A stretch of 64,000 nt of DNA from NCBI RefSeq assembly GCF_006345805.1, contig NC_043007.1, forward strand, positions 40,920,001-40,984,000, in the 5' to 3' direction. How positions within the stretch are numbered: position 1 is the first letter of the stretch; each line of letters begins with the position of its first letter. A program made the position numbers and the translations under genes. The notes beneath the pieces were generated by a model. The model made no database searches. It saw nothing but the letters and a program-made list of their open reading frames with translations, and had not been told where the DNA came from. This DNA comes from Octopus sinensis (taxonomy: Eukaryota). Shown piece after piece: positions 1 through 12,400 of the stretch.

Positions 1-33
1 ATATATATATGTATGTATGTATGTGTGTGTATG

Positions 34-319
34 TGGAGGCGCAATTGCCTCGTGGTTAGGGCAGCGAACTCGTGGTCGGAGGATCGCGGTTTCGATTCCC
101 AGACCAGAGTGTTTATTGAGCGAAAACACCTGAAAGCTCCACGAGGCTCCGGTAGGATGTAGTGGTAATCCCTGCTGTATTCTTTCGCCACAACTTTCTC
201 TCACCCTTTCTTCTGTTGGCCTGCTCGCTTAGCCAGCGGGGTGGCGTCATTAAAGGCTAAAACAATGCGAAGCGCATTGTGACCAGCGATGTGTAGTAAC
301 ATCTGATGGCCTGGTCGGT

Positions 320-328
<9 letters not shown>
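34..328 (+). mobile_element. tRNA-derived SINE, family C (head tggaggcgcaatggc)
   Basis: A-box/B-box-like head (gtggttag..., ggtttcgattcc); further copies at 32876-33143 (-) and 56753-57044 (-). Confidence 0.8.
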
Positions 329-356
<28 letters not shown>

Positions 357-629
357 CAACAATTGAGGGTAAAATTAATTAATTAATTGATCAATTTCAC
401 CAAGTATTCAGTATGCAAAGGGACCATTTAAGGCAAATTCAAATTATTACATTATATAAAAGGGCTTAGTAAAATAAATTACTTTGCCGCATACTGAACT
501 CGTTAGAAATAGCAGCTAAAAAAACTATTTCTAACACTTAAAGAAAACCTCTCTCATATAGTGTTTGCTCAATTCAACTCAAGAAAGTATGAGGGTAGAG
601 ACATTAAAAAATCAAATGCAAAGGTTATT

Positions 630-681
630 TGAGTACGTACGTTTCAAGATTAGCCAAAATCGACCTTCTCTCATCAGCTCA
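630..681 (-). ncRNA. Type I hammerhead ribozyme (550-bp repeat family)
   Basis: Reverse complement of the 2114-2166 motif. Confidence 0.85.
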
Positions 682-1177
682 GAATGCCCTTGTTTGAATT
701 TGAAAACACTGAAAATGGGAGCATACCCTTTCGGCTTGTTATCGCTTCTGAAGATCTGTTCCAAACTAACAGTGCCAACAAACTCAAATATGCAGAGAAA
801 AATTTCTGCTCTCCCCTTTCCACCAGCGTGGGTTAAAATCAGCAAACACTATGCTTTTTTCGGTAAAATCCGAGACAATTAAGTAGAGAGAGATGAATTA
901 TAATTTCAACAATTGAGGGTAAAATTAATTAATTAATTGATCAATTTCACCAAGTATTCAGTATGCAAGGGACCATTTAAGGCAAATTCAAATTATTACA
1001 TTATATAAAAGGGCTTAGTAAAATAATTACTTTGCCGCATACTGAACTCGTTAGAAATAGCTGCTAAAAAAACTATTTCTAACACTTAAAGAAAACCTCT
1101 CTCATATAGTGTTTGCTCAATTCAACTCAAGAAAGTATGAGGGTAGAGACATTAAAAAATCAAATGCAAAGGTTATT

Positions 1178-1230
1178 TGAGTACGTACGTTTCAAGATTA
1201 GCCAAAATCGACCCTTCTCTCATCAGCTCA
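1178..1230 (-). ncRNA. Type I hammerhead ribozyme (550-bp repeat family)
   Basis: Reverse complement of the 2114-2166 motif. Confidence 0.85.
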
Positions 1231-2113
1231 GAATGCCCTTGTTTGAATTTGAAAACACTGAAAATGGGAGCATACCCTTTCGGCTTGTTATCGCTTCTGA
1301 GATCTGTTCCAAACTAACAGTGCCAACAAACTCAAATATGCAAGAGAAAAATTTCTGCTCTCCCCTTTCCACCAGCGTGGGTTAAAATCAGCAAACACTA
1401 TGCTTTTTTCGGTAAAATCCGAGACAATAAGTAGAGAGAGATGAATTATAATTTCAACAATTGAGGGTAAAATTAATTAATTAATTGATCAATTTCACCA
1501 AGTATTCAGTATGCAAAGGGACCATTTAAGGCAAATTCAAATTATTACATTATATAAAAGGGCTAGTAAAATAAATTACTTTGCCGCATACTGAACTCGT
1601 TAGAAATAGCAGCTAAAAAAACTATTTCTAACACTAAAGAAAACCTCTCTCATATAGTGTTTGCTCAATTCAACTCAAGAAAGTATGAGGGTAGAGACAT
1701 TCTTTAAGTGTTAGAAATAGTTTTTTTAGCTGCTATTTCTAACGAGTTCAGTATGCGGCAAAGTAATTTATTTACTAAGCCCTTTTATATAATGTAATAA
1801 TTTGAATTTGCCTTAAATGGTCCCTTTGCATACTGAATACTTGGTGTGAAATTGATCAATTAATTAATTAATTTTACCCTCAATTGTTGAAATTATAATT
1901 CATCTCTCTCTACTTAATTGTCTCGGATTTTACCGAAAAAAGCATAGTGTTTGCTGATTTTAACCCACGCTGGTGGAAAGGGGAGAGCAGAAATTTTTCT
2001 CTTGCATATTTGAGTTTGTTGGCACTGTTAGTTTGGAACAGATCTTCAGAAGCGATAACAGCCGAAAGGGTATGCTCCATTTTCAGTGTTTTCAAATTCA
2101 AACAAGGGCATTC

Positions 2114-2166
2114 TGAGCTGATGAGAGAAGGGTCGATTTTGGCTAATCTTGAAACGTACGTACTCA
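2114..2166 (+). ncRNA. Type I hammerhead ribozyme (550-bp repeat family)
   Basis: TGAG-CTGATGA-GAGA...TCTT-GAAAC-GTAC-GTA-CTCA: stem I TGAG/CTCA, intact core, palindromic stem III, GUA cleavage triplet. Confidence 0.85.
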
Positions 2167-2654
2167 AATAATCTTTGCATTTGATTTTTTAATGTCTCTA
2201 CCCTCATACTTTCTTGAGTTGAATTGAGCAAACACTATATGAGAGAGGTTTTCTTTAAGTGTTAGAAATAGTTTTTTTAGCAGCTATTTCTAACGAGTTC
2301 AGTATGCGGCAAAGTAATTTATTTTACTAAGCCCTTTTATATAATGTAATAATTTGAATTTGCCTTAAATGGTCCCTTTGCATACTGAATACTTGGTGAA
2401 ATTGATCAATTAATTAATTAATTTTACCCTCAATTGTTGAAATTATAATTCATCTCTCTCTACTTAATTGTCTCGGATTTTACCGAAAAAAGCATAGTGT
2501 TTGCTGATTTTAACCCACGCTGGTGGAAAGGGGAGAGCAGAAATTTTTCTCTTGCATATTTGAGTTTGTTGGCACTGTTAGTTTGGAACAGATCTTCAGA
2601 AGCGATAACAAGCCGAAAGGGTATGCTCCCATTTTCAGTGTTTTCAAATTCAAA

Positions 2655-3006
<352 letters not shown>

Positions 3007-3419
3007 AATGTGTAAAATCATTGGTATAGTTAGGTATATTTGAAAAAGGAGAATAAAATCTTCACTGGTAGTTCTAATGAATTTAATTTTACAGTTTGGT
3101 TAAACCAAATTGTAAAATGATATTTTACAAAGTTAAATTGACTATAAGGAGTAGACAACCATAATGTGTGTATTTATTTATGATTGTGTATGTGTGTGTC
3201 TTTGTGAGAGTGTATATATGTGTGTGTATTTATACACTCACACACTTACACACAAATGCACGCACGAGCACACACACACACATATATATATGAGACAAAT
3301 CGTGACAATATTTGTGACAATAACAGTATATGTTTTTGTGTGTATACATTAATTGTGCGATAATTGGGTCGAGGCTAGTCAATGACCCATCGTCCATTTT
3401 GAAATGCACGTTTCCACAA

Positions 3420-4430
3420 ATTATCACTTAATATACATAAACACCCTTCCACTAAGACTTATGACTCCCTCATTTGACTCTTCTATTACTAATAAGGTTA
3501 ACACTAAATTTATTCAGTTTAATATATCTAGCTTTTATTCATCAATCAACCCTATTATACTCAATAAGGCACTCTAGCATGCACACAATAAAGCAGGTCT
3601 CTCTAGAGAGGAAATTAATGTGGTACTGGCTGTTTGAAAATCAATCATTAAGTTCGATAACAAGTTATGGGTCCGGAAGGATACTCCCAATGCGTTCGAT
3701 GTCCTAATGGGAAGTTCAGATTCCGCTCAAATTGCAGATTTAGTCGACATATATATACTTCATGAAATGGTTGACCAGTTCCCACACATCTTTAGAGGTC
3801 TATATCGTGATGATTGTTTGCTTTACCACCAAAACATTTCCAGTCAAAAAATACAGAAGGTTAAGAATAGATTAGTTAGGTTTTTTCGTAGAATGGGCTT
3901 CCACATCGTTTTTGACGATGAGATAACTAAAGCTAACTTCTTAGATATTACTCTTAATTTGCAAAATATCTCACACTTCCAATACCACAAATCTTCCACC
4001 AATCTCAAGTATATTAGTCCTTCCAGTAATCACGCTAGGGCAATTACTAAGAATTTAGTTAAAAACATTTCAGTTAGATTGTCTAAACTATCCACCAATG
4101 TTGACATTTTTAACGATAAGGCGGAATTTTATAACTCTGTCTTAGTTAAAGCAGGGTATAAAGAAAAAGTTACATACATTGATTCTGCTCAATCTCATCC
4201 TTTATCTACTATTCAAGACAAGAAATCTAGTTGTAATAAGAAGAGTGATTTTAATTCTGATATTGAAAACAACGCAAAACATATAAAATTCCTTTACGGA
4301 GTAAGGGAGGCAAGCCTTATTTAAGCCCATTTTTCACTCTAGAGGTGTTTCACCATTCTTTAAAGATAGTACCACTTACAATTTGACTGTTACTAGGAAA
4401 ACTGTTTGGTTTGTTATTCCTATGGAAAGC
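3420..4430 (+). mobile_element. Degenerate Penelope-like RT fragment
   Basis: ORF 3707-4324 and upstream frame give FDVLMGSSDSAQIADLV, GLYRDDCL and FLDITLNL; stops upstream. Confidence 0.8.
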
Positions 4431-4601
4431 AAATTAAATCTAATCTTCCTTTGCAGTTCCGTGAAGCAATGGGACTGAACCCGGAAGCATGTGGTTGGGA
4501 AGCAAGCTTCTTACCACACAGTCACATGTATGTATGTATGTATGCATGTATGTACTTATGCATGTATGTATTTATGGTGTATATATGCATATATGTATGA
4601 T

Positions 4602-4990
4602 AGGCGCAGGAGTGGCTGTGTGGTAAGTAGCTTGCTAACCAACCACATGGTTCCGGGTTCAGTCCCACTGCGTGGCATCTTGGGCAAGTGTCTTCTGCTA
4701 TAGCCCCGGGCCGACCAATGCCTTTGGAGTGGATTTGATAGACGGAAACTGAAAGAAGCCTGTCGTATATATGTATATATATATGTATGTGTTTGTGTGT
4801 CTGTGTTTGTCCCCCTAGCATTGCATGACAACCGATGCTGGTGTGTTTACGTCCCCGTCACCTAGCGGTTCGGCAAAAAGAGATCAATAGAATAAGTATT
4901 GGGCTTACAAAGAATAAGTCCCGGGTCGATTTGCTTGACTAAAGGCGGTGCTCCAGCATGGCCACAGTCACATGACTGAAACAAGTAAAA
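4602..4990 (+). mobile_element. tRNA-derived SINE, family A (head aggcgcaggagtggctgtgtgg)
   Basis: A box tggctgtgtgg, B box ggttcagtcc; many copies in the window. Confidence 0.85.
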
Positions 4991-5289
4991 AAGGAAAAGA
5001 GAGAGAGAGAGAGGCCTATGTCTGTGATTGCGCGTGTGCGTGTGGATGTGTGTTTTTGTGTGTAACATTATAAACAAACGAGTCTTTATAAATAGTTTGT
5101 TCACCAAAGCAATAACAGCAACTACAACAGCAGTGGCTGCAGTATCTTGTTTAAAGCTATATTCTAGTACAACAATTGAAATAACAGTAGCAATATCAGC
5201 AACAACAACTATAACCTCAGCAGCAGCAATTAGAACACCAAGAACAGAAACAATAACAATAGCAATGAAGATAATTGCAGCAACAAAAG

Positions 5290-5777
5290 TGGAGGCGCAA
5301 TGGCCCAGTGGTTAGAGCAGCGGACTCGCGGTCGTAAGAACGCGGTTTCGATTCCCAGACCGGGTATTGTGAGTATTTATTGAGCAAAAACAACTAAGCT
5401 CCACGAGAATCCGGCGGGGAGGGGTGGTGAACCCCGTTCTACACATCACCACAGCTTTCTCACTCTTTCTTCCTACTTCTGCCACAAAGCAGAGGAACCA
5501 TGGGGTAACCCACTATGGTGTGGTAAACTTTCAGACCCTAGTCTAGATTACGAATCCTTTGTACTCCAGGATGGTTCAGCTCTCCACCCGTTAAAAGCCA
5601 CCGTTTACGGAATCAGGATAGCAACGTAGTTTTCGCGCCCGTGCAACCGCCAGTCTATCGCGTGTGGTGGGTGGATCTTCAAGTTGCCACATGCATTCTT
5701 AGTAGCTTAGAGTAGGCTCGAATTAGAGATTATCCTTTGTGGCTAATTGGAGTCCTGATTGGAAGAAGAAGAAGAAG
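5290..5777 (+). mobile_element. SINE with family-C head and a different body ending in (GAA)n
   Basis: Shares first ~170 nt with 34-328, then diverges; second copy at 21916-22349. Confidence 0.75.
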
Positions 5778-5940
5778 ACAACTACTACCACTAATACTGC
5801 TGCTGATGCAACTGCTGCTGCTACTACTGCTGTTGCTAGTGCTGCAGCATCCCGATCAATAACAACAACAATATTACAGTAAATGTAGTCATTTTCCATG
5901 TAGAATTATTTTGTCTGAAATCTTAAAATTGTCCGCCAAT

Positions 5941-6166
5941 TAGAAAGGGTCTATAAATGAAAAGTTCCTGGCTTTAATGGTGTTGCGAAAGGCCTGGCTG
6001 AAGGCTCAATCTTCCGAGTTCTTTTACAGGGCTTAGAAAAACTGAAGGATCCCTGCAATAATTGTATGAATCTGAGAGAGGAATATGTTCAATAAAACCA
6101 TAATTAACTGATCCTCCTGCATTTTCTTTTACCCAAAGCCAAACACTCTTCAGCATTCCGTCGTAC
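5941..6166. mobile_element. Mariner-type MITE (diverged copy)
   Basis: Colinear with 9451-9663. Confidence 0.65.
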
Positions 6167-6207
6167 AAACCGATTCTACATAAATGAATATTAGTTCTAT
6201 ATTGCAG

Positions 6208-6419
6208 CCACCATTCCTGAATACAGATGTAAGAATCTGACAGAGTTTCAACTCAGCCAATACAACATATCCATCAGTGAAGAAGTCAATCTGTCATATG
6301 ATAAATGCTGTATAGATATCATCAATACTGATGGAGGAATTACAAGAGAGAATCGAACCCTGGACTGCCTTAATGGTTATTATTATACTGCACCTGTTGA
6401 TAAGTCTATTGTGTCACAG
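6208..6419 (+). CDS. Paralog A exon 2 (large extracellular loop)
   Basis: attgcag|CCACC...TCACAG|gtaggt; encodes (A)[13 protein letters not shown]...DKSIVSQ; same length as paralog B exon at 55333-55544. Confidence 0.9.
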
Positions 6420-9400
6420 GTAGGTTGCTTCTAAATAAAAATAAATATTTAAATTCATTTTTTTAATATTTATCCAAAAATCATTTCTACTATAGGCACA
6501 AGGTCAGCAATTTCAGGGGAAAGGATAAATCAATTACATCGGCTCCCAGTGCTCAACTGATACATATTTTATCGATCCCAGAAAGATGAAAGGCAAGGTT
6601 GATCTAAGAAGAATTTAAACTCAGAACATAAAGATGGACAAAATGTCGCTATGCATTTTGTCCAGCGTGCTAACGGTTTTGTTACTTCGTAGCCTTATAA
6701 TTACGCAACTAATACAAGAAAGATTAATTATTTTATTATACTAATGTTAGTGTCGGTGATGAATGGCAAAACAATAGATAGTTTGCAGTAATTAATCATA
6801 TATTTTTGCTTTCTGAGTTCACTCTTTACCGAGGCTGGTTTTCATTCGATTTGTATGCGTCGAGGGAATAGACACCATACCTGTCATATAATAGGAACAG
6901 TTTGTAACCCGTTCAAGCGACAAACCGTAACAGTAATGCCTTGATATATGAGTTAAATTGTTTCCGCAGATTGCTTGTAAAGCAGAGCAATAATGTTCCA
7001 TATTGTGAGATCGTCAAGTATGAAACCTGTAGGAAAGAAATAATGTTTGCTTATGTTTTATAAATACAAGGAATAGTTTTATTCATCAAACTATGCACCC
7101 ATATTGTCAATACACTTTTGCTATTTCAACAGTAGCTTGTCCAGCTCAGAACTGTAACAGCCTGGGAATCTAGAGTCAATAAAATCTTGGAAAGCCTGTT
7201 TTACAGCATCATCGGAATTAAATTTCTTTCCTATCAAAAAGTTATCCCAATTTTGGAAAAAGTGGTAGTCAGTGGGAACAAGATCAGGTGAGTATGGTGG
7301 ATGATAGGGAACTTCCAACTCCAACTCCTGTAATTTTGCCAATGTCATTTTTGCGTTGTGGTGTCTGGCGTTGTCTTGCACTAAAATAGGAGTGGATCTG
7401 TTGACTAATATAGGATGTTTTTTGTATGTTTCTGCATCATTTGGTCTAGGTTTAATGAAATCATAATGGATAACACCTACGCCAGACCATCAAGCAAATA
7501 TCATCAGCTTCTTTTGATGAATTTTGCTTTTTGGACTGTGTTTTGGTAGCTTTGTACTGAATATTTAAAGTTACTGTATTGGATCCATTTCTCAACACAT
7601 TACAATTCGATTCAAAATATCATATTGCAGCCTTCCAAACATTGCTATTTCCGATTTTCATTGAGTTCATGTGGAACCCACTTATCCAACTTTTTAACTT
7701 TATTGATTTGAACTAGTTGAGTTAGTATTGTTTGCTTTCTAACACCAAACAACAACGATAATTCACGGGTACTTTGAGATGGATCTGACTCGCCGGTAGC
7801 TTTCAGTCTGTCATTATCCACTCTTATTTCTGGTCAACCGCTCATTTATGAAGTCAAAGTTACCAGAACGAAATTTTGCAAACCAATTTGATACTGTCTG
7901 CTATGTAATAACATTAGAATGAAATACTCAATTAACAATCGGAGCTGTCTGTGATACTGTATTTCCCAGAAAGAACTCATATTTCAAAACTGTACAAATT
8001 TCCGACTTATCCATCTCTAAACAAAAATAGCCAAAAAGGATTTTTAAATACTTTATAAAGCGCAAAATGAGTTAGAATCAAGAAATAGATGTATCAGCAT
8101 CCTAATAAAAAAATAAAGATTGTCAAAATATAATAATGGCGCAAAATGAGCAGCTGTCAAAATTTACCATATACCTTACTACAAATTTCATACTTGACGG
8201 GCTAATAGCAATGTTACAAATTGTTATTCGTTGCCAGAAAAATATTTTACCTGCAAAATTTATATTATTCGTAAATACACGACAAAACAGTAGAATGTAA
8301 AGAATATTTTAAGTAAAGTAAAAAGAATTCAAGTTCTTTTATCATAAAATATATTAATATAATCGTTTTCTGAATCACTTTCACTCGCACTAGATTCGTG
8401 CACATCATCACTTGTAGACGCGATCGCCGTTTCACAAGCACTCGTAGACAGACTTATAGATTTCTTTTTAAAAACAAGTCTAGAGTTGTTTACTTAGAAG
8501 AAGCCTCTTTTTCATTCTCTATAAATTTTTCGGTAACACGAAGAAGCATTTGTTATGATAGTAGAAACTTTTGCACTGCGTTCAAAATTCGGATCTTGTG
8601 CTTGAAAGATATTACTGTATTTTTAATATGATATAGAAATAGAAGGACACTTGTGATATTTCAAACTTCATTGTTGTAGCAGCTTGTAATTTCCCAAGAG
8701 AAAGATTATTTCTTAAATTATCTCTGAGTAACAGGCGTTAGCATAAATGGTGAATCATCAACGGGGTTTCTCTTTGGTCACGCGACCAACTAGAAATAGA
8801 GCACAATCCCATCATATTGTCTGAGAACAAGAAGGACACATTGGGTACTAGATATATTCTTGATAAGGCAGGCTAGCCTTTTGCTGCTAATACGACATTC
8901 ATCACAAATTTTCACAGAGCTGATCTTAAGGTAAAGCATCAACTACTACTACTACTACTGCTGCTGCTGCTACAAGGAAGGACAAGCTCGGTTAGAGTAT
9001 TCTTTGATAACCTTAAAAAGATAAGATGGTCTGTAACCAAACGTTGCTGTTGTTGCTTAACTCTTGGTTAACTCTCATCGAACAATTATCTATGATGAGA
9101 GACATTCCAACCAGAACCACCCGGTCTTTTTAAAGTTACTTAGGAATATACCAAATTCAATCACAAGGCTTTCTGGTCGACCCGAGGTTATAGTAGAAGA
9201 CACTTGCCCAAGGTGTCACGCGGTGGATCTGAACCCGGAACCATGTAAATAGGAAGAAAAGTTCTTACCACACAGCCACGCCTGCGCCTGTAAATATGGA
9301 ACACATCACGATTTTGCTTGTCGTCTTTGCAAAGGAACCAATGCTGATCTCTTGTGTTCTTCGAGTTTTAGTATATGTACTGTAGAAGCATGTACACACT

Positions 9401-12400
9401 CACAAGCATTCACGCACGCACACACACAAGCACACTCTCATATGAACATATACGAATGGATGCTGAAAAGTTTCTGGCTTTTGGGGTGTCGTGAAAGTCC
9501 TGGTTGGAGGCTCGACCTTCCGTGTTCTTTTACAGGGTTTAGAAAAACCGCTGCAATAAGTGTGTAAATCTGAATGGGGAATATATTGAATAAAATCATA
9601 TTTAACTGATCCTCCTGTATTTTCTTTTACTCAAAGCCAGGGACTTTTCAGCACACTCTCGTATATGTATATATATGTGTCTGTACGTATCTCTTTGTAC
9701 TACTTTTACCACTTACTAAATAAAATTTTCTTTCACAGTGGGACCTGGTCTGCAACAACGAAGGATTGGCTGAATCTACCCAAACATTTTATATCTTGGG
9801 CCAAGTGGTCAGTGGTCTACTGGCACCATATTTCATTGAAAGATTTGGACGGAAGCCTATAAGGATATTAAGTAATTTGTTCCTGGTGGTCTTCAACTTA
9901 ATCTCTGCGTTTTCGCCGTTTTATTGGTTGTTCGCGGCTGCGAGATTTTTCACTGGAATACTACGAGAGGTAATGCCTCTACACGCACGTATTTATACAC
10001 GCTTTTACCTTTTCTTGTTTCAGTCATTAAACAGTGTTTATGCTGGGGCACTGCCTTGAGGAATGTTTTTCTTTTTTCTTTTTTAGTCGAATGAATCCAC
10101 CCTATTCGTAGCTGACTTGATGTCTTTCCAGCCTTATGATTTAAGGCCTAAGGGGGGGATAACACTTTTTACCCTTTGACACTTTAGTTTCGTTGTCTGC
10201 TTTTTGTTTTCCGTTGTACCCATACACGTGCGCGCGCCCCAACATACATATAAACACACACACGCGCGCGCGCGCGCACACACACATACATACATATAGC
10301 TCTTCCTGTCCTAAACGAACTTACTTATCCAGCTCAAATTCAGTCAAGCGGAAAATACACTCCTTAACTACACAAAAAGCTATTTAAAATATCCACATGA
10401 CGTCTACTGACCAACCTGAACAATAAGAATTTTCAACAACGCTACTTTCGAAAACTCCATACACCACCCACATCAACATTCATTCTAAACATTCATGACC
10501 ACACCCATGTGACCTCTTTATTCATGACCACACCCATGTGACCTCTCTATTATGACCACACCCATGTGACCTCTTTATTATGAACAATAAGAAATTTTAG
10601 GCATGACACTAGCCAAATTTTAACATCTCTGGAGCCTATTTTCTTACCCCAACACCAACTTCCATTCAAACATTCAGGTGACCCCTTTATAATGACCAAT
10701 CAAAATTGTATTGACCATTGTCCACAAGAAATCTTAGGCGTGAAACCAAGCAAATCTTAAACAACTCTGGAGCCTCTTTTTTCACATATAAGAGACAGCA
10801 AACCCAACATAAAGTCAGATAAGAGAAAAAAATCTATCAGAAAGGAACTCTATCTCTCTTAAAAAAATATCTTTTGATAAGCATAACAAATGCGCAACCG
10901 GTAAAAAGAACTTTCACCTAATTAAATACACTCTCCCTTACTTAAATTATTTTGTCAGCATTTTCTTCATTTCCTTTTTTTATATATCACAACTCATGTT
11001 CCACATCTCCTTTTTTAAATATATATATATATATTCATTTAATTTACTTTTCCGTTTAAATAAGATCAACCAAAAAGTACTTCAGCCGGTGAGAGTAAAT
11101 ATTTTTTAATTTGCACTGTATATAGTTATGAGCTACTAATAGTTTCATACACTGGAAATATTTCCTAAGCAGGTTTTAATAACACACCTTGTGTCTCCAA
11201 TCAACCTGCTGGTTCTGCACATATGGCCAGTACAAGTTACGAATCAGGACTGTAGAACTAGAGAAATCATGGAAAAAGAAAGAAAGAAAGAAAACAAGAG
11301 GAAGTTTGATACGACGAAATTTCAAACTGATTCTGTTGGCTAAATTTATTCACCTGATATTGGTTGGTTGGGACTATAGTAGCAAACCCTTGCAAAAATA
11401 CCGCACAATGGGACTGAACCTGAAACCACCTCTTTGCAAAGTGAGCTTGTAACTGCACAGCCAAGCCTGCGATATGCATATTTACCTCATGCTAATGGTT
11501 TCAAAGTTTGGCACAAGGCCAGCAAGTCCGAGGGACTGGGTAAGTCAATTCCATCGACCCCAGTGATTGACTGGTACTTATTTTATCGACCTCCGAAAGG
11601 ATGAACGGCAAAGTCAACATCGGCGGAATTTGAACTCAGAACCTAAAGACAGACAAAATGCCGCTAAGCATTTTATCCAGCGTGCTAACGATTCTGATAG
11701 CTGGCTTTCTTATCATGTACCTCATAATAAAATCTAGAATATCTGTAAACTAATAACGCAACTACCTCACTATTTTATACTCTTTACTCTTTACTCTTTT
11801 ACTTGTTTCAGTCATTTGACTGCGGCCATGCTGGAGCACCGCCTTTAGTCGAGCAAATCGACCCCGGGACTTATTCTTTGTAAGCCCAGTACTTATTCTA
11901 TCGGTATCTTTTGCCGAACCGCTAAGTGACGCTAATACCAAACTATTTTTCCTTTTTTTTTTTCATTTCTCCAGGTATATGTTCTGAGTTCAGTAACTCT
12001 GGCGTGTGAGTTATACCCGAAGGAAAGACGTATTGTTATGACTGGTATATTTATGTTTATCTGGAGCATGTTAAATTGTTTACTTGGGTTGATAGCCTAC
12101 CTTTTAAAGGATTACAGTTGGAACACGTTATTCTTGTTTAACGCTGGTATATCAGGATATTTCATAGTAGACTTATTGTAAGTACCTTTCTCTCACCCAC
12201 ATTTGGTTAGTATTTCACATTACCTTCTTCCCTATTTTTCATGATCAACTCCTCCTTTACTACTCCCACAATGGCATCACCACACCAGCAACATCACCAA
12301 CATCACAACCACAACCACCACCGCCACCACCATCTCCTACCCGTCGTCCACATCCTCCCCGTGATCGCCCCCACCGTCTCCTCGCTATTGATTGCTTCTT

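Noticed and set aside
34-110. tRNA-like sequences at SINE heads
   Set aside because: A/B boxes are present, but there is no complete cloverleaf and they continue into SINE bodies; not tRNA genes
565-2231. Repeated ORFs MLNSTQESMRVETL... in the 550-bp unit
   Set aside because: Start at TTG, frames differ between copies, no recognisable domain
8405-8470. GAAAC-ggcgatcgc-GTC on the minus strand
   Set aside because: Core reads CTACGA (G missing) and stem I does not pair
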